64,000 bases of DNA from Candidatus Staskawiczbacteria bacterium RIFOXYB1_FULL_38_37 (GCA_001822075.1 MHPK01000004.1:7979-71978), one strand, 5' to 3'. Shown: positions 17,314 through 25,474, counted from the first letter of the stretch. Translations and numbers: made by a program. The notes: a model not told the origin generated them from the sequence alone.

Positions 17314-18105
17314 ATGCTCTCGATCCTTGTTGATTTGATGAATCTGCAAAAAGCTGCTGAAAAAATTTCTCTGGAAACTATTATCGGAGAAATTATCCAA
17401 AAAGCGCAAAGCAGAGATGAGATTCAGGAGGTCATATTATTCGTTCCGTGCTACCAAAGTTCGGCGCCATGGCAAACGATAAATGAGCTCCAATGCAAAT
17501 ACGGCGTTCAAGTTGTTGCTTGCGCAGTATTAAGGAATGGAGGCAATGCGTGGAAAGACACGGTTGATCTTCAATTCCTTTTGTGGGTTAAAAACCACAT
17601 GCATCGCAACGTCGGTCCTAACCTTCTGGTTTTTGTAACTGGAGACAGCCATTACATGGTTGCCGCCAGAGAAGCAGAAAAAAAGGACAAGACAGTTGAA
17701 TTCTGGTTTCTCAAAAAGAGCCCCAATGTCAGCGCAGGGATACGTTACCAGGAAAATTTCCAGGAGATAATCATTGCTCCTGCAAGTAATCCTTCTGGCG
17801 AAAATCCATTTTTGGATGCTTTAGGGAAACTTGTTTCCAGCGGCGAAAGCTCACTCGACCAAGAAGACAAGCGAAGGATAAGAATGGTGTCTGACTTTGC
17901 AAAAGCAGATATCAAAAACGGACTGACAAGAGAGGGGTTGGCAGAATCCGCCAGTAAAAAACTGGGTTTTGAACTGGCTGATACTAAAATGTTAGTCGAA
18001 GCTTTAATGGTTGCAGACATCGCGCGGATTTATCCGGCGATAAACTTAGCCATAAGCCTAGACCGAAGTTCTGATCTTTTGCAGTGGATTTCCAGGATTG
18101 ATTAA
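17314..18105 (+). CDS. NYN/LabA-like (PIN-fold) nuclease with ~110-aa C-terminal extension
   Basis: MLSILVDLMN... and LVFVTGDSHYMVAAREAEKKDKTVEFWFL match the NYN pattern (xxxD.xN ... sGDsDf...G..V). GAGGAG RBS 7 nt upstream. The ORF-track start at 17002 was rejected because it crosses both promoters. Confidence 0.65.
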   Translation: MLSILVDLMNLQKAAEKISLETIIGEIIQKAQSRDEIQEVILFVPCYQSSAPWQTINELQCKYGVQVVACAVLRNGGNAWKDTVDLQFLLWVKNHMHRNVGPNLLVFVTGDSHYMVAAREAEKKDKTVEFWFLKKSPNVSAGIRYQENFQEIIIAPASNPSGENPFLDALGKLVSSGESSLDQEDKRRIRMVSDFAKADIKNGLTREGLAESASKKLGFELADTKMLVEALMVADIARIYPAINLAISLDRSSDLLQWISRID

Positions 18106-18219
18106 ACAAGAAAGGAGGAAAGCACTTTGAAACAATCAAGATGACACAAGTTTTTTTGGAAAGATTAGGATGGTCCTAAATTTCACCAAAGGAACAACCA
18201 CAGGAAAAAAGGAAAACCA

Positions 18220-19734
18220 ATGTCAAACTCATTCAAAAAAGCCATGGAAGAGGCTAAGCCCATGAGGCAAAATGGCCAGAAACCAGACAAAAAGGGGGAT
18301 GTGAAGCCCGCAAAGGCCGAACACCAACCTGCCACAACGGCGCGAGACAGGTGGCTTCGAGCCACCAAAGATGTGGCTAGTGCCACCGGTTTACGACAAA
18401 AGATCGGCGATGCGAATAGCCTGCTGGATGACCCAGAGTCTGTTCGACAATTCGCAACCATTGTTGGAGAACTGGATGTTCTCGCCGTTTACAAGCTCAG
18501 CCTCGAAGTGCTCCCTGGCGGAAAACCGGTGCACTCGTCAGAGAGAGACGTTGAGGAAGCATGGCTCGCAATGTCTTGGGATGACCAAGAAGCAAGGCTT
18601 GCCAAATGGCCCGAGGCAGGAAAACTCCTGGAGGCATTCCATTTTTGGAAGAACCAGGAAGAAAACGCTTTTGCCCAGGACTCGTTGTGCAATGTCGTAG
18701 GCCGGTTCTATCGGCCTCTTCGGCATGTCAATGCATTCGGGGGACTTAAAAACTTCCTCGAAGAAGCAGTCACTGAGGGGCTCTTGACCAAGGTTTCCAG
18801 ACCTGACCCAAGGCAAAAAAGCGAATTCGGAGTTTATGTCCCTGGTCAAGACGACCGAGGACCGATTCTTTATCTCCCCAGAAAGGGAGTAAAGCTCGCG
18901 GCTGCCGGCTGGATTTTCGTTAAGGAAACGGAAGCCCGCGCCCTCGGAACACAGTCGGCTTTAGATGAACTCCGCGCCAAGGAAACGCCCGGCATTACGC
19001 CAGTTAAGATTTCCAACGGCTTTAAAGGATGCATGTTTGTGCAGCTTGGCGCTACGCAAGCCGTTCTGCTGGAGTCTAATAAACAGAGCGGCTGGCCCAC
19101 AGTCAGAGTCACTGATTCGGTCAATATGAGGCCAGACCAAATCCCCGACGACGAAACAGAGTGGGACGAAAGGTTGCACAAGCCAAGAGGCAACGGCAAA
19201 TGGGCATGGATCGCCAAGGGTATCGAGGAGTGGAAGAATCGAAGGTCCGCGCTGAAGCGGACTCAGAGGCAGGAAGCGAACGATCGCACTTTGCCCCTGA
19301 CAAAGCTCGCCACTTTCTCAACTCACTTTGATGACCAGGGTCTGACCCAAATGCTCAAGGGCGAGCCTGGAGTGATGGCAATGTGGGTTGACCATTTTAA
19401 GTGGGGAAAAGAGGAACCAAAGAAGGAAGCGTTTTTTGGCGCGGCTATTGAACGTCGGCCAGACGGAACGTTTTTCCTTTTAGAGGTGGTCTCCCGCCAT
19501 CCCTTTCCGATAAAAAAACTCATCGGCAGCCAGCTTCCGCTGGATGTGGATAAGGAGAAACCGGATGTCCGGCTTCAGCAAATCGCCATCAGAGATGGGG
19601 CAGTTTATGCCGGTCTGAAAATGGTCGAGGTTCTGATGAGGCTTCGCCTCCATGCCGAGACTCCGGCAGAAGACCCTTACGACCAGGACAACGTTACCGA
19701 CAAGGTGGATGAAGTCCAAAAAAACAGCGCGTAG
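18220..19734 (+). CDS. 504-aa ORFan, basic low-complexity N-terminus, no recognisable domain
   Basis: Longest frame, same strand and composition as the NYN gene, followed by a strong terminator. Confidence 0.55.
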   Translation: MSNSFKKAMEEAKPMRQNGQKPDKKGDVKPAKAEHQPATTARDRWLRATKDVASATGLRQKIGDANSLLDDPESVRQFATIVGELDVLAVYKLSLEVLPGGKPVHSSERDVEEAWLAMSWDDQEARLAKWPEAGKLLEAFHFWKNQEENAFAQDSLCNVVGRFYRPLRHVNAFGGLKNFLEEAVTEGLLTKVSRPDPRQKSEFGVYVPGQDDRGPILYLPRKGVKLAAAGWIFVKETEARALGTQSALDELRAKETPGITPVKISNGFKGCMFVQLGATQAVLLESNKQSGWPTVRVTDSVNMRPDQIPDDETEWDERLHKPRGNGKWAWIAKGIEEWKNRRSALKRTQRQEANDRTLPLTKLATFSTHFDDQGLTQMLKGEPGVMAMWVDHFKWGKEEPKKEAFFGAAIERRPDGTFFLLEVVSRHPFPIKKLIGSQLPLDVDKEKPDVRLQQIAIRDGAVYAGLKMVEVLMRLRLHAETPAEDPYDQDNVTDKVDEVQKNSA

Positions 19735-19782
19735 CGCTCTGATGTCATCAAATTAATCGCCATTGCGGCGATTGAACACAAA

Positions 19783-19830
19783 ACGCCCTTGCAGATTTCA
19801 CTATCTGCAAGGGCGTACTTATTTTATTTT
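19783..19830 (+). terminator. Strong rho-independent terminator closing the island
   Basis: Perfect 14-bp stem ACGCCCTTGCAGAT/ATCTGCAAGGGCGT with loop ttcact, then a T-rich tail. Confidence 0.8.
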
Positions 19831-19848
19831 GCTTAAAATTTCAAATAA

Positions 19849-19870
19849 AATACGTATTGTAATACGTATT
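19849..19870. promoter_or_regulatory. Two tandem 10-nt palindromes AATACGTATT upstream of ftsH (operator candidate)
   Basis: aatacgtatt-gt-aatacgtatt, about 40 nt before the ftsH start. Confidence 0.35.
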
Positions 19871-19910
19871 AATTTATGGTAAAGTATTAAATATAAAAAC
19901 ATAAAATTAT

Positions 19911-21734
19911 ATGATGAATCCGCTTTTGAAAAACTTTATTCTTGTAGTTTTTATACTTCTTTTAATAGGGGCTATTTTCAGTTTTCTTTATTATCCAAGT
20001 TCTCCTGTAAACCAGATATCTTTAACCCAGCTTGTTGCTGATATAAACCAAAATAAAATCAAAAAAATTATAACAAACGGAGACAGCCTGTCTATAACTT
20101 ATATAGACGAAACTGGAGCTGAATCAATGAAAGAGTCTGGCGTAGGAATTGCAGAATCGCTTGATAACCTTGGGGCTAATAAAGATAACTTGCAAAAAAT
20201 TGAAATTAACATACAGCCGGCTGAAGAAGATTTGTGGTCGTGGCTCACTCCAGTTTTGATTTTTGGCATACTGCCCCTTGTGGTTTTTGGCTGGTTTTTT
20301 TGGATGATGCTAAGGCAGGCAAAAACAGGGGCCATGCAGGCCTTTGATTTTACAAAAGCCAGGGCAAGAATTTTTGGAGCTGAAGGCCACGGAAAAGAAA
20401 AAATAACTTTTAAAGATGTTGCCGGATTAAAAGAGGCAAAAGAAGAGCTTGTTGAAATTGTTGACTTTTTGAAATTTCCAAAAAAATATCTGGCAATGGG
20501 AGCTAAAATCCCAAGAGGAGTTTTGCTTTTAGGGTCAGCTGGCATAGGAAAAACTTTGCTGGCAAGGGCTGTGGCAGGCGAGGCAAATGTGCCGTTTTTC
20601 TCAATTTCGGGGTCTGAATTCGTTGAAATGTTTGTGGGGGTAGGGTCAGCCCGCGTAAGGGATTTGTTTTCAACGGCAAAAAGGTCAGCCCCATCAATTA
20701 TTTTTATTGATGAATTAGACGCTATAGGAAGACACAGGGGAGCTGGAATTGGCGGGGGGCATGACGAAAGAGAACAAACCTTAAACCAGATATTAGTTGA
20801 AATGGACGGCTTTGAAAGGGAAACAAATGTGATTATAATGGCGGCCACCAACAGGGGAGACATTTTAGACCCTGCCTTATTAAGGCCCGGCAGATTTGAC
20901 AGAAAAATTATTTTAGACCCTCCGGATGTAAACGACAGAGAAGAGATATTAAGAATACACTCTAAAGAAAAACCTCTAGACAAAGATGTTAATTTTAGAG
21001 AAATTGCAGAACGCACTCCCGGTTTTTCAGGAGCTGATTTGGCGAATGTAGCAAATGAAGCAGCTCTTTTGGCAGCCAGAATAAACAAAACACAAATTAA
21101 CCAGAAAGAATTTTTAGAGGCAATTGAAAAAGTTCTGTTGGGGCCTGAAAGAAAATCGCATATTTTATCAAAGAAAGAAAAAGAAATTGCGGCTTTCCAT
21201 GAAGCCGGCCACGCCTTGGTGTCTGCTTTTTCGCCTGAAACAGAGCCTGTAAGAAAAATTTCCATAATAGCAAGAGGCATGGCGGCAGGATACACTTTGC
21301 AAATGCCGTCTGAAGAAAGAAAAATGAAAACTAAAAAAGGATTTATTTCAGAGATAGCCACGCTTTTGGGAGGATATACAGCTGAAAAAATAAAATTCGG
21401 GGAAATGACCACCGGAGCTTCAAATGATTTAAGCAGGGCATCGGAGCTTGCCAGAAAACTTGTAAAAGAATATGGGATGTCTTCTTTGGGCCCAATTTCA
21501 TTTGGCGAAAAAGAAGAAATGATTTTTTTGGGAAAAGAAATTTCAGAGCAGAGAAATTATTCTGAAAAAGTTGCTGAAAAAATTGATAAAGAAGTTGATA
21601 TGATAATAAAAGAAGCCCAACAGCAGGCGGTGGCAATTTTGTCAAAACGCAAAGCATTGCTGGAAAAAGTTGCCAAAAGATTAGTTGAAAAAGAAATAAT
21701 AGAGCGCGAAGAATTTGAAAAACTAATAAAATAA
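19911..21734 (+). CDS. ftsH: ATP-dependent zinc metalloprotease FtsH
   Basis: Walker A GSAGIGKTLLA, SRH region, HEAGHAL zinc motif. Confidence 0.95.
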   Translation: MMNPLLKNFILVVFILLLIGAIFSFLYYPSSPVNQISLTQLVADINQNKIKKIITNGDSLSITYIDETGAESMKESGVGIAESLDNLGANKDNLQKIEINIQPAEEDLWSWLTPVLIFGILPLVVFGWFFWMMLRQAKTGAMQAFDFTKARARIFGAEGHGKEKITFKDVAGLKEAKEELVEIVDFLKFPKKYLAMGAKIPRGVLLLGSAGIGKTLLARAVAGEANVPFFSISGSEFVEMFVGVGSARVRDLFSTAKRSAPSIIFIDELDAIGRHRGAGIGGGHDEREQTLNQILVEMDGFERETNVIIMAATNRGDILDPALLRPGRFDRKIILDPPDVNDREEILRIHSKEKPLDKDVNFREIAERTPGFSGADLANVANEAALLAARINKTQINQKEFLEAIEKVLLGPERKSHILSKKEKEIAAFHEAGHALVSAFSPETEPVRKISIIARGMAAGYTLQMPSEERKMKTKKGFISEIATLLGGYTAEKIKFGEMTTGASNDLSRASELARKLVKEYGMSSLGPISFGEKEEMIFLGKEISEQRNYSEKVAEKIDKEVDMIIKEAQQQAVAILSKRKALLEKVAKRLVEKEIIEREEFEKLIK

Positions 21735-21817
21735 AAATAGATTGTTCTTTTCAATAATAAGCGGTATAATTGAACTAAGGATTATTAATCAAAAATATAA
21801 TAATTCAAGGTTCATTT

Positions 21818-22492
21818 ATGGCAAGATTTAAAGATAAAGAAAAAGCTTTAGCTCTTAGAAAACAAGAAATGAGCTACAGCCAAATTAAAAATATTTTAGG
21901 AGTAAGCAAAAGCACACTAAGCGGGTGGCTTAAAGATTATCCTTTATCCAAAGAGAGAATAGATGCTCTGCGAGGTAAAAATGAAAAACGGATCGAAAGA
22001 TATCGTGAGACGAGAAGACGAACAAAAGAAAAAAGATTAAATGAATTTTATCTTGAAGAAAAAGGCAAAGTTTTTCCTTTAACAAATAGAGATTTTTTTA
22101 TTGCCGGACTCTTTTTATATTGGGGGGAAGGAGCAAAAACATTATCTAAAGAAGTTTCTGTATCCAACACAGACCCGTCAATGATTAATTTTTTTATAGA
22201 TTGGGCTATTAAATATCTAAAAGTCTCCAAAGAAAAATTATGCATTACATTACATTTATATAATGATATGGACATTGATAAGGAAATAGAATTTTGGTCT
22301 AAAAAAATAGACATACCAAAAAATCAATTTAGCAAACCATATATAAAGCAGACTTCTTTAAAATCAATAAATTACAAAAGAGGATTCGGACATGGAACAT
22401 GCAATGCAAGAATAAATAATGCGCGTCTTTCCGAGAAAGTTTTGATGGCAATAAAATCAATATCAGATAAATATTCAAATGCGGGCCTGTAG
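21818..22492 (+). CDS. HTH + single-motif LAGLIDADG-like endonuclease (putative)
   Basis: N-terminal HTH SYSQIKNILGVSKSTLSGWL, then FFIAGLFLYWGEGAK. The stop codon lies 10 nt inside tRNA-Ile. Confidence 0.5.
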   Translation: MARFKDKEKALALRKQEMSYSQIKNILGVSKSTLSGWLKDYPLSKERIDALRGKNEKRIERYRETRRRTKEKRLNEFYLEEKGKVFPLTNRDFFIAGLFLYWGEGAKTLSKEVSVSNTDPSMINFFIDWAIKYLKVSKEKLCITLHLYNDMDIDKEIEFWSKKIDIPKNQFSKPYIKQTSLKSINYKRGFGHGTCNARINNARLSEKVLMAIKSISDKYSNAGL

Positions 22493-22554
22493 CTCAGTGG
22501 TAGAGCACCGCCCTTATAAGACGGCCGTCGCAGGTTCGATCCCTGCCAGGCCCA
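22483..22554 (+). tRNA. tRNA-Ile (anticodon UAU)
   Basis: Acceptor GGGCCTG/CAGGCCC, anticodon loop CTTATAA (one C-A mismatch in the stem), T-arm GCAGGTTCGATCCCTGC. Confidence 0.75.
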
Positions 22555-22573
22555 CCCACATTGAAATTAATTC

Positions 22574-22646
22574 GGGCGGTTAGCTCAGTTGGTAGAGCAT
22601 TTACTTGACGTGTAAAGGGTCATAGGTTCGAGTCCTATACCGCCCA
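22574..22646 (+). tRNA. tRNA-Val (anticodon GAC)
   Basis: Acceptor GGGCGGT/ACCGCCC, anticodon stem TTTAC/GTAAA with loop TTGACGT. Confidence 0.85.
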
Positions 22647-22647
22647 C

Positions 22648-22701
22648 ATGGATATAAAAATAATCTACGAAGATAATGATGTTTTGGTTGCTTTTAATTG
22701 A
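22648..22701 (+). pseudogene. Duplicated 5' fragment of the rluD-like gene (17 codons then stop)
   Basis: 22648..22690 matches 23191..23233 at 40 of 43 positions. It translates MDIKIIYEDNDVLVAFN*, against MNVKIIYEDNDVLVVDKP in the full gene. Confidence 0.8.
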
Positions 22702-22747
22702 GGAATATGATATTCTTAAATCGTGATAAAACATAAAAACAAAAAAT

Positions 22748-22981
22748 ATGTTTAATGAATTTATTGAAAAAAAATTAAAATCGGCGCGATATAAAATTCT
22801 CAAAGACGGGAGTTATTTTGGCAAAATTCCAGAGGTGCAGGGAGTATGGGCCAACGCTAAAAACTTGGAAGATTGTCGGCAAGAATTGAGAGAAGTTTTA
22901 GAAGACTGGTTTCTTCTAAAACTTCAAGCGAGAGAAAAAATACCTGATTTCGAAATTAGAATTGGATGCCGTCATGCTTAA
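22748..22981 (+). CDS. hicB: HicB-like antitoxin (UPF0150 type)
   Basis: YKILKDGSYFGKIPEVQGVWANAKNLEDCRQELREVLEDW pattern. Overlaps the next ORF by ATGCTTAA. Confidence 0.65.
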   Translation: MFNEFIEKKLKSARYKILKDGSYFGKIPEVQGVWANAKNLEDCRQELREVLEDWFLLKLQAREKIPDFEIRIGCRHA

Positions 22982-23186
22982 AAATATTTCTTGGCGAAAA
23001 TTCATTCAGAAATTTAAACGGCTCGGATTTGATGGCCCCTATTCAGGCGGCCGTCATTTGTTTATGATTAAAAAAGAATTAAAAGTTCATATTCCCAATC
23101 CTCATCGTAGCGACATTTCAAAACACCTTGTTTCAGAAATTTTAAAACAAGCAGGCATTTCAATTAGCGATTGGGAAAACGCTTGA
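22974..23186 (+). CDS. hicA: HicA-like mRNA interferase toxin
   Basis: FKRLGFDGPYSGGRHLFM...HIPNPHRSDISKHLVSEILKQAGI. The in-frame ATG at 22974 was chosen over 22962. Confidence 0.65.
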   Translation: MLKNISWRKFIQKFKRLGFDGPYSGGRHLFMIKKELKVHIPNPHRSDISKHLVSEILKQAGISISDWENA

Positions 23187-23190
23187 TTAA

Positions 23191-23937
23191 ATGAATGTAA
23201 AAATAATCTACGAAGACAATGATGTTTTGGTTGTTGATAAACCTGCTGGAATTGTTGTTTTTCCAGAAGGAGATATAAGTGGAGAAAAAACCTTAATTGA
23301 TTATCTGGTAGAAAAAAATCCTGAGTTAAAATTAGCCGGTGAAACACCAAGATACGGAATTGCGCATAGATTAGACAAAGACACTTCCGGAATTTTGTTA
23401 GTGGCAAAAAACAGCGAGGCCTTGATTTTTTTTCAAAAACAGTTTTCCGCCGTCGCTAAAGCTTTGGCGGACAAGAAAAATAGCCAAACACTTGAAAAAA
23501 GCATAGAAAAAAGGTATATTGCATTAGTTGAGGGCGATATAAAAGAAGATAATAGGACAATCCACACTCTAATTGGACGCTCGCCAAAAGACCCAAGAAA
23601 ACAAAAAGCATATTCTTTAAACGAAGCAAAAACCGGCAGAAGAGAAGCAGTCTCAGAATATAAAGTTTTACAGCGCTTTAAAGACTATACTCTGCTTGAG
23701 GTTCAAATAAAAACAGGAAGGCGACACCAGATAAGGTGCCATTTATCTTATTTGCATCACCCGATTGCAGGCGACAAACTATATGGATTTAAAAACTCAA
23801 AAACTCCTGAAGGCCTGACAAGGCAATTTCTGCACGCATCATACCTAAAAATCCAATTACCCAATGGAAAAACCGAAGAATTTAAATCGGATTTGCCAGA
23901 GGGATTACAAGTAATACTTAAAAACCTAAAAACATAA
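23191..23937 (+). CDS. rluD: RluA/RluD-family pseudouridine synthase
   Basis: HRLDKDTSGILLVAKN and TGRRHQIRCHL motifs. Confidence 0.85.
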   Translation: MNVKIIYEDNDVLVVDKPAGIVVFPEGDISGEKTLIDYLVEKNPELKLAGETPRYGIAHRLDKDTSGILLVAKNSEALIFFQKQFSAVAKALADKKNSQTLEKSIEKRYIALVEGDIKEDNRTIHTLIGRSPKDPRKQKAYSLNEAKTGRREAVSEYKVLQRFKDYTLLEVQIKTGRRHQIRCHLSYLHHPIAGDKLYGFKNSKTPEGLTRQFLHASYLKIQLPNGKTEEFKSDLPEGLQVILKNLKT

Positions 23938-23940
23938 AAT

Positions 23941-24423
23941 ATGGCAAAATTATTAGAACAATTCAATAAATCGCAGTTGAAAAAATTGCCCGAAATAACT
24001 ACGGGTGATATTATTAAAGTGCACCAAAAAGTAAAAGAAGGGGGTAAAGACTTGCCTGCCGGCAGGCAAGGAAAAATACAAATCTTTGAAGGTTTGGTTA
24101 TTGCCAAAAAACACGGCAAGGGAATTTCAGCTACAATTACTGTAAGAAAAATTGCAGGCGGGGTGGGCGTTGAAAGGATTTTTCCCATACATTCACCCTT
24201 AATAGATAAAATAGAAGTTTTAAGGCACGGAAAAACAAGAAGGGCAAAGCTTTATTATTTAAGAACAGCCAAGGGTAAAAAATCAAAATTAAAAAATAAG
24301 GAATTTGCAGAGGTTATAGCCGACGAACCAGAAGAATCACCAGCAGAAGAACCCGCCGAAAATTCTGAAGATAATCAGGCGGGCGAGATGCCAGCAGAGA
24401 CAGAACAGGAAAAAACAGAATAG
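23941..24423 (+). CDS. rplS: 50S ribosomal protein L19 with acidic C-terminal tail and an in-frame palindrome insertion
   Basis: [13 protein letters not shown]...[26 protein letters not shown]...[10 protein letters not shown]. Confidence 0.9.
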   Translation: MAKLLEQFNKSQLKKLPEITTGDIIKVHQKVKEGGKDLPAGRQGKIQIFEGLVIAKKHGKGISATITVRKIAGGVGVERIFPIHSPLIDKIEVLRHGKTRRAKLYYLRTAKGKKSKLKNKEFAEVIADEPEESPAEEPAENSEDNQAGEMPAETEQEKTE

Positions 24424-24440
24424 CCACAAGAGTAAAATTT

Positions 24441-24523
24441 GCCCTCGTGATGGAACTTGGTATACATGTACGCTTGAGGTGCGTATGCCGCAAGGCTTGT
24501 GGGTTCGAATCCCACCGAGGGCA
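24441..24523 (+). tRNA. tRNA-Leu (anticodon GAG)
   Basis: Acceptor GCCCTCG/CGAGGGC, anticodon stem TACGC/GCGTA with loop TTGAGGT, long variable arm. Confidence 0.85.
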
Positions 24524-24545
24524 CACTGGGCTCGCCCAGTTTTAC

Positions 24546-24620
24546 GGACGGCTAGCTCAATGGCAGAGCGTCTCGTTTACACCGAGAAGGTTATAGGTTC
24601 GAGTCCTATGCCGTCCACCA
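24546..24620 (+). tRNA. tRNA-Val (anticodon UAC), CCA encoded
   Basis: Acceptor GGACGGC/GCCGTCC, anticodon stem TCTCG/CGAGA with loop TTTACAC. Confidence 0.85.
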
Positions 24621-24695
24621 GCCGGGATAGCTCAGTGGTAGAGCACTTCTCTGAAAAAGAAGGGGTCGAGAGTCCGATTCTCTCTCCCGGCACCA
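24621..24695 (+). tRNA. tRNA-Phe (anticodon GAA), CCA encoded
   Basis: Acceptor GCCGGGA/TCCCGGC, anticodon stem CTTCT/AGAAG with loop CTGAAAA. Confidence 0.85.
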
Positions 24696-24753
24696 AAAAT
24701 ATTTTGGTTTCTGCAGCTAAAGCGGGCTTGCCCGCCGAAGCTCGCAAGCGTAG

Positions 24754-24827
24754 GCGGGTGTAGCACAGTGGTAGTGCATCTGGTTGCCAATCAGAGTACG
24801 TGGGTCCGATTCCCATCACCCGCTCCA
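24754..24827 (+). tRNA. tRNA-Gly (anticodon GCC), CCA encoded
   Basis: Acceptor GCGGGTG/CACCCGC, anticodon loop TTGCCAA. Confidence 0.85.
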
Positions 24828-24933
24828 CAAAAACGACCCACTAATACGTGTATTTTAAAAGGCTTTAACCATTGACTTTGGGGCTTTTACATGATAAGAT
24901 TAAGAATACTCCTTTGAGGGAGTTTTTTAATAT

Positions 24934-25425
24934 ATGAGTATAAAAAACCTGTTAAAATATATATCTGTTTTAAGAGGAAAAACACTGATACTCGGTTCTG
25001 GCGCGGGCGTTATTGCCGGCATATGCCTTTTGGGCGTAGTCATGCCCCAAGCCACAAATGCTGATTTTGAGAATAACGCATACGTTTCTTACGTTACTAA
25101 AGTTGACATCCAGACAATAGAAAAAATTGTTAAAACAATAAAGGTTGTTGTTACAGCTTACTCAAGCTGTCCTGAAGAAACAGACGATACGCCCTTTATA
25201 ACAGCTTCCGGAAAATCGGTTGCTGACGGGGTAGTGGCAAACAACCTGCTTCCTCTTGGAACAAAAATAAGAATCCCTGAATTATACGGAGATAAAGTTT
25301 TTGTGGTAGAAGACAGAATGAACAGCAAAAAAAGCGACTATCATGTTGACATATGGCTCCCAAGCAAAACTTTAGCCTTAAACTTCGGCGTGAAAACAGC
25401 TGAAATAGAAATCTTAGAAAACTAA
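24934..25425 (+). CDS. 3D-domain (MltA/RlpA-like DPBB) cell-wall protein with N-terminal anchor
   Basis: VVVTAYSSCPEETDDTPFITASGKSVADGVVANN...HVDIWLPS. Confidence 0.7.
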   Translation: MSIKNLLKYISVLRGKTLILGSGAGVIAGICLLGVVMPQATNADFENNAYVSYVTKVDIQTIEKIVKTIKVVVTAYSSCPEETDDTPFITASGKSVADGVVANNLLPLGTKIRIPELYGDKVFVVEDRMNSKKSDYHVDIWLPSKTLALNFGVKTAEIEILEN

Positions 25426-25435
25426 ATTATACACA

Positions 25436-25469
25436 AAAAGCCCCTGCCGAAAGGCATAGGGGCTTTTTT
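25436..25469. terminator. Bidirectional terminator between convergent genes
   Basis: aaaAGCCCCT-gccgaaaggcat-AGGGGCTtttttt. Confidence 0.7.
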
Positions 25470-25474
25470 GGTTC

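Noticed and set aside
16409-19719. Many alternative ORFs inside the GC-rich island (e.g. 16409..17050 +, 16489..16938 -, 18371..18700 +, 18870..19217 -)
   Set aside because: High G+C suppresses stop codons in all frames. I kept only the longest frames that have RBS, promoter and terminator support. I cannot fully exclude overlapping genes.
16341-19830. Island as prophage, IS or integrative element
   Set aside because: I could not find an integrase, transposase, terminal inverted repeat or flanking direct repeat, and no tRNA lies at the junction. The mobility mechanism is left open. Assembly chimerism is not excluded and is listed as a check.
20099-21412. 437-aa ORF antisense to ftsH
   Set aside because: It is a low-complexity Ser/Pro/Ile-rich mirror frame. 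The plus strand carries unmistakable FtsH motifs (Walker A, HEAGH). The same applies to 9083..9832 inside gyrA, 28696..29304 inside infB, 48195..48713 inside the PilB-like gene and 14227..14721 inside rpsA.
24314-24828. ORFs 24314..24526, 24479..24763 and 24577..24828
   Set aside because: They run straight through four hand-folded tRNA genes. ORFs 35348..35614, 31189..31425 and 31227..31415 are rejected likewise because they cover tRNAs.
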